Below, one piece after another: positions 55,508-64,000 of a stretch of DNA of 64,000 bases (position 1 is the stretch's first letter; every line of letters starts with the position of its first letter). The notes below the pieces were generated by a model. The model was not told the origin of the DNA. It did not search any database and worked only from the letters and a program-made list of their open reading frames with translations. Made by a program: the position numbers and the translations under genes. Source of the stretch: Camelus ferus (Eukaryota); the NCBI RefSeq assembly GCF_009834535.1, contig NC_045697.1, positions 105,154,001-105,218,000 on the forward strand. Direction: 5' to 3'.

Positions 55508-56410
55508 ATGAGCAAGATGAAGAAGCAGAAAAACCTTTCCCAATTAAAAGAACAAGAGAAATCCCCTGAAAGAAAGATCAACGAAATAGACATCGATAGC
55601 CAACTAGATCAAGATTTCAAAAAAGGAGTGATCGAATTGCTGAAGGAATTAAAAGAGATAGTGTTTAGAGATATAAAATATGTCAAAAATGAAATTGAAA
55701 CTATAAAGAAGAGCCAAGTAGAATGGGTAAACTCATTGACAGAGATGAGGAATGATCTAATAGCTGTGCAAAGCCGACTAGATAATGCAGAGGAACGAAT
55801 TAGTGATCTAGAAGACAGGGCAATAGAAAGCACCCATTCAGAAGAACTACAAGAGAAGCAAATAAAAAATAATGAAAATAGCATAAGGGACCTATGGGAT
55901 AATATAAAGCGTCCCAATCTTCGCATAATAGGGGTCCCAGAAGGAGAAGAAAGATCAAAGGGGATTGAAAAGGTTTTTGAAGAAATCATGACTGAAAATG
56001 TCCCAAACTTAAAGAAGGAATCAGATATCCAAGTACAGGAAGCTCAGAGGGTCCCAAACAGGAAGAACCCAAATAGACCCACACCAAGACATATCATAAT
56101 CAAGATGGCCAGAGTCAAGGATAAAGAAATGATTCTAAAGGCAGCAAGAGAAAAGCAAAGAGTAAGTTACAAGGGAACCCCCATAAGGCTCTCAGCTGAT
56201 TTCTCTACACAAACACTACAGGCCAGAAGGGAGTGGCAAGATATATTCAAAGCCCTGAATGAAAAAAAGATGCAGCCTAGGATCCTTTATCCAGCAAGGC
56301 TATCCTTGAGAATAGAAGGAGAAAAAAAGAGTTTCACAGACAAAAAAAAGCTGCAGGAGTTTAGCAACACTAAACCCATGCTAAAAGAAATATTGAAAGG
56401 GCTATTCTAA
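55508..56410 (+). CDS. L1 ORF1p, intact 300 aa
   Basis: Coiled coil followed by RRM/CTD motifs DLWDNIKRPNLRIIGVPE, PRHII, ARREW and YPARLS. Confidence 0.93.
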   Translation: MSKMKKQKNLSQLKEQEKSPERKINEIDIDSQLDQDFKKGVIELLKELKEIVFRDIKYVKNEIETIKKSQVEWVNSLTEMRNDLIAVQSRLDNAEERISDLEDRAIESTHSEELQEKQIKNNENSIRDLWDNIKRPNLRIIGVPEGEERSKGIEKVFEEIMTENVPNLKKESDIQVQEAQRVPNRKNPNRPTPRHIIIKMARVKDKEMILKAAREKQRVSYKGTPIRLSADFSTQTLQARREWQDIFKALNEKKMQPRILYPARLSLRIEGEKKSFTDKKKLQEFSNTKPMLKEILKGLF

Positions 56411-56810
56411 ATAGAAAAGCAGCAGGATGCTACAGAAATGAGAAACACACAACTGGAAAGGTGATAACTCATGAATTACAAATAAAGTAAACATGAAATT
56501 ATAAAAGAAGACATACAAATCACTGAGAGTGGGAGAGGGAGGCAGGGAAATATAGAATATTTTTTTCTTTCTTTTTTAAATTTTGTTAACAGTAGGATGG
56601 GTTTGAGATCATGTTACTATCAGTTTAATAAAAACAGTTATAGTAATGGGTTGATAGATTTACAAAAAAGGCTAACCACAAGCCAAAAATTTACAAAGGA
56701 GTCACAAAAATTAAATAAAATCCATGATAATACAAAGGAAAATTACCAAACCACAAAAGGAAGAAGGAACAAAGAGGATATACCAATTCAACTGCAAAGA
56801 TAAGTTCAAA

Positions 56811-59800
56811 ATGGCAATAAACACACATCTATCATTAATTACTGTAAATGTTAACGGACTAAATGCTCCAGTCAAAAGACACAGAGTGGCAGACTGGATA
56901 ATAAAGCAAGAACCTTCAATATGCTGCATACAAGAGACCCACTTTAGGGAGAAGGACACATATATAGATTGAGAGTGAAAGGATGGAAAAGGATATTCCA
57001 TGCAAATGGAAAAGCCAAAAAAGCAGGTGTTGCAGTACTGATTTCAGACAAAATAGACTTTAAAACAAAGGCCATAAAGAAAGATAAAGAAGGACATTTT
57101 ATAATGATTAAAGGAGTGATACAAGATGAGGATATTACACTCGTTAATATATATGCACCCAATATAGGAGCACCTAAGTACATACAAGAATTACTAACAG
57201 AGATAAAGGGGGATATTGATGGGAATACAATCATAGTTGGAGATTTTAACACTGCATTAACATCACTAGACAGATCTTCCAGACAGACAATAAACAAGGC
57301 AACAGAGAAATTAAATACTACAATAGAAAAACTAGATTTGGTGGATATTTTCAGAGCATTACACCCCCCAATAATAGGATATACATTCTTTTCAAGTGCA
57401 CATGGAACATTTTCCAGGATCGATCATGTACTTGGGCACAAAAGAAACCTCAACAATTTTAAGAAGATAGAAATTATCTCAAGCATCTTTACTGACCACA
57501 ATGCCATGAAACTGGAAGTCAACAACAGAGAAACAAAGGAGAAAAAAAGGAAAGCATGGAGATTAAAAAATATGTTATTGAAAAAACAATGGATCAATGA
57601 GGAAATCAAAGCTGAAATTAAAAATACCTTGAGACAAATGATAATGAAAGCACAACCGCTCAAAACCTATGGGACACAGCAAAGGCAGTGCTAAGAGGGA
57701 AGTTTATAGCGATACAGGCCTTCCTCAAAAAAGAAGAACAATCTCAAAGAAACAATTTAACCCACCACCTGAATGAATTAGAAAAAGAAGAACAAAAAGC
57801 CCCAAAAAGCAGCAGAAGGAAGGAAATAATAAAGATCAGAGAGGAATTAAATACAATAGAGATTAACAAGACCATAGAAAAAATCAACCAAACCAAAAGC
57901 TGGTTTTTTGAAAAAGTAAATAAAATCGACAAACCTCTGGCCAAACTCACAAAGAAGAAAAAAGAGAGAGCACAAATTAGCAAAATAAGAAAGGAAAATG
58001 GAGAAATTACAACAAACAAAATAGAAATACAGAATATCAAATGAGAATATTATGAAAAACTATATGGAACCAAACTGGATAACCTAGAGGAGATGGACAA
58101 GTTTCTGCAAACATACTGTCCACCAAAACTGAATCAAGAAAAATCTGAACACTTGAACAATCCGATCACTAGAAAGGAAATAGAAATAGCAATTAAAAAC
58201 CTCCCTACAAATAAAAGTCCAGGACCGGACGGCTTCACCGGGGAATTCTACCAAACATACAAAGAAGAACTCATACCAGTCCTTCTCAAACTCTTCCAGA
58301 CGATTGAAAAGGAGGGAATACTCCCAAACTCATTCTATGAAGCCACCATCACCCTGATACCAAAACCAGGCAAAGACACTACAAAAAAAGAGAATTATAG
58401 GCCAATATCACTGATGAACATAGATGCCAAAATCCTCACCAAAATTTTAGCAAATAGAATCCAACAACACATAAAAAAGATTATACATCATGACCAAGTG
58501 GGGTTCATCCCAGGGACACAAGGCTGGTTCAACATACGCAAATCAATCAGTGTAATACATCACATCAACAAGAGAAAGGACAAAAACCACATGATCATCT
58601 CAATCGATGCAGAAAAAGCATTTGATAAAATTCAACACCCATTTATGATAAAAACTCTCACCAAAGTGGGTATAGAGGGAACGTATCTCAACATAATAAA
58701 AGCTATATATGACAAACCTACAGCCAGCATAGTACTCAACGGTGAAAAACTCAAAAGCTTCCCACTAAAATCTGGGACAAGACAAGGATGCCCACTATCA
58801 CCACTCCCATTCAACATAGTCCTGGAAGTCCTAGCCACAGCAGTCAGGCAAGAGAAAGAAATAAAAGGGATCCAAATTGGAAAAGAAGAGGTAAAAGTGT
58901 CATTATATGCTGATGACATGTTACTATATATAGAAAACCCTAAAAGGTCCACACAAAAGCTACTAGAGCTGATTGAAGAATTCAGCAAGGTAGCAGGTTA
59001 CAAAATTAACGTTCAAAAATCAGTTGCATATCTTTACACTAACGATAAATCAACAGAAGAAGAAAGTAAAGAAACAATCCCCTTTAAAATAGCACCCAAA
59101 GTAATAAAATATCTGGGAATAAACCTAACCAAGGAGGTGAAAGAATTATACACAGAAAACTATAAACCATTGATGAAGGAAATTAAAGAAGACTTTAAAA
59201 AATGGAAAGATATTCCATGCTCTTGGATTGGAAGAATCAATATTGTTAAAATGGTCACACTGCCCAAGGCAGTCTACAGATTTAATGCAATCCCTATCCA
59301 ATTACCCAGGACATATTTCACAGAACTAGAACAAATCATAATAAAATTCATATGGAACCAACAAAGACGTAGAATTGCCAAAGCATTTCTGAGGAGAAAG
59401 AAAGAGGCTGGAGGAATAACTCTCCCAGACTTCAGACAATACTATAGAGCTACAGTCATCAAGACAGCATGGTATTGGTACCAAAACAGACATATAGACC
59501 AATGGAACAGAATAGAGAGCCCAGAAATGAACCCACAAACTTTTGGTCAACTCATCTTTGACAAAGGAGGCAAGAATATACAGTGGAATAAAGACAGTCT
59601 CTTCAGCAAATGGTGTTGGGAAAACTGGACAGCAGCATGTAAAACAATGAAGCTAGAACACTCCCTTACACCATATACAAAAATCAACTCAAAATGGATT
59701 AAAGACTTAAACATAAGACAAGATACAATAAACCTCCTAGAGGAAAACATAGGCAAAACATTATCTGACATACATCTCAAAAATTTTCTCCTAGAAGAAA

Positions 59801-60609
59801 TAAAAGCAAGAATAAACAAATGGGACCTAATGAAACTTACAAGCTTCTGCACAGCAAAGGAAACCAGAAATAAAACAAGAAGAAAACCTACGGAATGGGA
59901 GAAAATTTTTGCAAGTGAAACCGACAAAGGCTTGATCTCCAGAATATATAAGCAGCTCATACGACTCAATAAGAAAAAAATAAACAACCCAATCCAAAAA
60001 TGGGCAGGAGACCTAAACAAGCAATTCTCCAAGGAACACATACAAATGATCAAAAAGCACATGAAAAAATGCTCAATATCACTAATTATCAGAGAAATGC
60101 AAATCAAAACTACAATGAGGTATCACCTCACACCAGTCAGAATGGCCGTCATTCAAAAGTTCACAAATGACAAATGTTGGAGAGGCTGTGGAGAAAGGGG
60201 AACCCTCCTACACTGCTGGTGGGAATGCAGTTTGGTGCAGCCACTATGGAAAACAGTGTGGAGATTCTTCAAAAGACTAGGAATCGACTTACCATATGAC
60301 CCAGGAATCCCACTCCTGGGCTTGTATCCAGAAGGAAATCTACTTCAGGATGACACCTGCACCCCAATGTTCATAGCAGCACTATTTACAATAGCCAAAA
60401 CATGGAAACAGACTAAATGTCCATCAACAGGTGACTGGATAAAGAAGAGGTGGTATATTTATACAATGGAATACTACTCAGCCATAAAAACCGACAACAT
60501 AATGCCATTTGCAGCAACATGGATGCTCCTGGAGAATGTCATTCTAAGTGAAGTAAGCCAGAAAGAGAAAGAAAAATACCATATGAGATCGCTCATATGT
60601 GGAATCTAA
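56811..60609 (+). pseudogene. L1 ORF2p (endonuclease, reverse transcriptase, CCHC), disrupted
   Basis: NVNGLN, IQETH, GDFN, YADD and CWRGC...HCWWEC motifs. Frameshifts near 56960 and 57620; in-frame TGA at 58042-58044. Confidence 0.93.
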
Positions 60610-61420
60610 AAAACAAAAACAAAAACAAACAAACAAACAAAAACAAAGCATAAATAAAGGACAGAAATAGACTCACAGACAGAGAATACAGACTTGTGGT
60701 TACCAGGGGGGTGGAGGGTGGGAAGGGATAGACTGGGATTTCAAAATTGTAGAATAGACTACACTGTATAGCACAGGGAAATATACACAAAATGTTATGA
60801 TAACTCACAGAGAAAAAAATGTGACAATGAGTGTGTATATGTCCATGAATAACTGAAAAATTGTGCTGAACACTGGAATTTGACACAACATTGTAAAATG
60901 ATTATAAATCAATAAAAAATGTTAAAAAAAAAAAAAAGAAATGCAGAACTACTATTAGCAATTCAATGCTGGGCTTGGGAACTATTAAATAATTAATAGT
61001 GTAACTAATATAAAATCATGTACCATCAATTAAATAATGCAGAATCAATCCCAGAAGCACAGGAATAACTACTCAGTCAGCTTTATTCCATCCCAGAACT
61101 GAGGACATTTCATCAGCAAAACAAAGACAAAACATTTGAGTCGTTTATACTTAAGCCTCTGAAGTACCAATTCATCTCTCAGAAAAATGTCCTGAGAAAC
61201 ACACCTGCAGGAATCTTATGCTGAACTCCTTAGAGAGAATGAGTGCCAATTACAGAATACTTCTACTGATAGCAAAAAATTCTACACTTTGACCAGTCAT
61301 AGCAGCTAACATTAATAAAACCATCTGGCCTAAGTCTGATGTTAATTAATTCCTTGTACGTAAGGTTGGAGGAAGGCAAAGACAAACTAAAAGACCATTT
61401 CTCCTACAGAGTACAATTAC

Positions 61421-61912
61421 TTGGACAGAAGCAAAAGCTAGAATAGATACACTTAAAGAATCTCAGTCAAATTTCTCATTTAATGTACTGGTTTGGAAAT
61501 CTTCAGTAGGATTTCAAGTGGGGACCTGGAAACTCAAGCAGCTGTTAGATGACATTATTCTGTACGGAAACAAACTTAAATTACAGACATGATCCTGATA
61601 CGAATGTTTTAATTTGCCACAAACACCATATATTTATACAGAAACACAGAAAAGGCAGACAAGCTCTATTCTGTGCATGCCTAGTAAAAACGCTCTTTTA
61701 GATCATGCGAATTAAATTTATGGTGACACAGAATTATTTCTCTAAGTCTCAGTGAAAAGTAAACTGAGACAAACTAACAACAACAACAACAAAAGCCCAG
61801 TCTTTTTTTGACAGGCTGATCTCAGTTGATAATTTCAAATTCTGGCTGTTCAATATTGCTTAGTGGAAATTCTCCAGATGGTTTCCAGACAAGCCATTAT
61901 TACTATTGATCA
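61421..61912 (-). pseudogene. Two fossil exons (61912-61681 and 61559-61421), module 1, just downstream of NR3C2 exon 3
   Basis: Phases chain 1 to 2 to 0 from the previous exon. Acceptors tctgtcag and ttccgtacag; the first donor is GC; several stops. Confidence 0.4.
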
Positions 61913-61996
61913 CTGACAGATCACATTCAAAAACATTTTTAAAAATTACTTCCCAGTAATGCTATAGCGCCAACTGTGCAAGTGAAGGACACACTA

Positions 61997-62197
<201 letters not shown>

Positions 62198-62753
62198 TTA
62201 AATAACTACACTGTAATGGCACATTTGACATGCTATACAGCTTAGCTCAAAGTCTGTCAGTAATCGTGGTTCTGTAAATGTACTCAGTAGGGTCACATAC
62301 CACGTGACTTAGAAAATGAAGGCAGAGCCCTCTAAGGGGAGTGATGTATCAAGAATTCTGTAGAGCAAAGCCTCTCTTCTCTGTGTACTAAGAAATCATA
62401 CACAATCGCATGCAAACCTTTTCCTATTTAACATTTACCGAAAAGCATTATTTGCATTCTAGGTGAGCAGGGAGGAGAGAAATCTTGAGCCAAGTCATCG
62501 TGGAAGTATTTTAGGCATCAGAGGGTTGTTACAATACTTCTTGACTCTCTTCACCCAGACTCAGATTATATATCTCAATTATGTCAGATAAAAAAGTCTC
62601 CTCTCTCCAAAACAACTAATTAAAATAAAAATAATTCTTACTTCTACTGCCAATAACTTCACCCCTCCCAGCTCCTGCATTTCTTCCACATTACCTTATA
62701 TAGGTATGTTCAAATTACTTCATTTACTTACTTATTTACTTACAAATACTTAC

Positions 62754-63025
62754 TAATTTGAAGAGACACAGTCAATACAAAGAACAAGCCATCTATGGTA
62801 ACTATCTCAGGTATCTTTCATGGTAAGAAACTGAAGGGTTCAGTTTTTAGGGACAAAGTTAACCTTTTAAGCAACAATCTGTAGATGCACTTTTTAAGGA
62901 GACTCTTCTCAATATATGCATTACTGGCACAATCTGAATAACACTGTTTAAAATTCTAATAAGGTCTCATAGCTCAGTGACAGGTGGGTACCAAGCAGGC
63001 AACAAATTTGATTTTTTTTTCATTC
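62754..63025 (-). pseudogene. Fossil exon, module 1
   Basis: Phase 2 in, phase 1 out; gtaagt donor; 90 codons with 3 stops ending KTEPFSFLP*KIPEIVTIDGLFFVLTVSLQI. The acceptor is weak and abuts an L2-like end. Confidence 0.45.
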
Positions 63026-63656
63026 CTAATCCACATGCATTTATTGAATATCCACCCACCAGTCCTGTGCAAGGTACTGAGGAAATGAATATAAACAGCC
63101 CTGGCCCTGTCCTCCAAGTCGGTGGAGACACGGACTGTGGCCGTGTGTGCTTAGGTGTGGGGTAATATGGCGGCATGTTGTAGGCTCAGCCTTCCGTACT
63201 GGGGAGGGTGGGGGTACACAAGTCAGAGAGGTGACAGCTGAGCTGAGTTTTGCAGCACAACTAGATGGTAGCCAGACAAAGAAAGAGGGCAGAGGAAGCA
63301 GGATGTGCAATGGCTCAGAGAAATGTGAGCCGGATGTGTGCAGGGTGGATGGATTCGGGGTATGGCGCTGCCGTCACCTTGCTGTCCTGGCTTTTGTCTC
63401 CACGTGAAACAGCAGGAACATGGGAAACAGACTCAAAGAAAACACATAAAAGGCTGGAAGGGTTATGTCATGGTGATGATTTCTCTGTTTTTCAAATTAG
63501 CCAAAACGTGATAATACTTGCCTTGGTAATTTTTTTAAAAAACATGATTTGCTATGTTTTAACTACACTCTCACCAAAAAACAGATGACGGAACAAACTA
63601 TTCAGCTGCTCAGAGCTGCTGGAGCACGCCTGACTTTCTAGAAAATGAGTTCTTAC

Positions 63657-63883
63657 ATCAAGGACTGAAACAATGTTCTCCAAAGTTGTTTCTCCTTCTG
63701 AGAAAAGCACTCTTTATTATTTTTATTAGTGTCCTTTGACTTCTTTATGGCATTCAAAACATTCCATTTCAGCACCAGTAACTTCTCCGGCAGATCAGCC
63801 AGTAAAAACTCAATCCATACTCTGTCCGACTCTCCAATGCTTCACAGGGAAATACCATGACTTTGTAAACAATTAGAATGTAA
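63657..63883 (-). pseudogene. Fossil exon, module 1 (lies in NR3C2 intron 2)
   Basis: ttttaag|...|gtaaga, 227 nt. LHSNCLQSHGISL*SIGESDRVWIEFLLADLPEKLLVLKWNVLNAIKKSKDTNKNNKECFSQKEKQLWRTLFQSL, one stop. Resembles recalled CCDC162 ISINNSCPASRNVYLLEF...AQLEICILR. Confidence 0.6.
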
Positions 63884-64000
63884 CTTAAAAATCATCATTA
63901 ACATGTAATTGCTTTTCCACAACCGCAAACATCTGAGGGATTTGTAGTTAACATTTTTGTGAACCTTGGTCATGGTCCCCAAACTTAGGAGTCTCTTAAC

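Larger units (their letters stand above)
53876..60937 (+). mobile_element. Full-length LINE-1, young but with a disabled ORF2
   Basis: Starts gggagaagatggcgg; CpG-rich 5' UTR; ORF1; about 400-nt spacer; ORF2; poly-A 60924-60937. TSD aagaaatg(a/c)agaact at 53861-53875 and 60936-60950. Confidence 0.97.

Noticed and set aside
58093..60609. Active, autonomous L1 ORF2
   Set aside because: The 838-aa ORF is only the RT and C-terminal part; two frameshifts and a stop separate it from the endonuclease.
55609..60886. Hydrophobic minus-strand ORFs (also 14370-15746)
   Set aside because: These are typical antisense shadows of A-rich L1 coding sequence.
61060..61390. Additional fossil exon(s) next to the L1 3' end
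   Set aside because: A partly open frame (LTSDLGQMVLLMLAAMTG...) is present, but the implied intron is too short and boundaries could not be fixed.

Overview
Mammalian genomic DNA, very probably camelid (tRNA-derived Vic-1-type SINEs and one lineage-level L1 family). The window lies inside the minus-strand mineralocorticoid receptor gene NR3C2: exon 3 (first zinc finger, 140 nt) is at 62177-62038, and the rest is the end of intron 2 plus most of the long intron 3. The introns carry a full-length, recently inactivated L1 (53876-60937), an older 5'-truncated L1, an ERV solo LTR, an AKIRIN2 processed pseudogene and many old repeats. The main unexpected signal is a chain of about 30 decayed, often phase-compatible AG..GT exon-like blocks on the same strand as NR3C2, running the whole window and flanking NR3C2 exon 3 on both sides. 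Their translations resemble the CCDC162 (C6orf183) protein core in colinear order, and that core appears three times in tandem. This points to a large fossil gene interleaved with NR3C2. The CCDC162 similarity comes from my recollection of that protein, not from a search, and needs profile-search confirmation.
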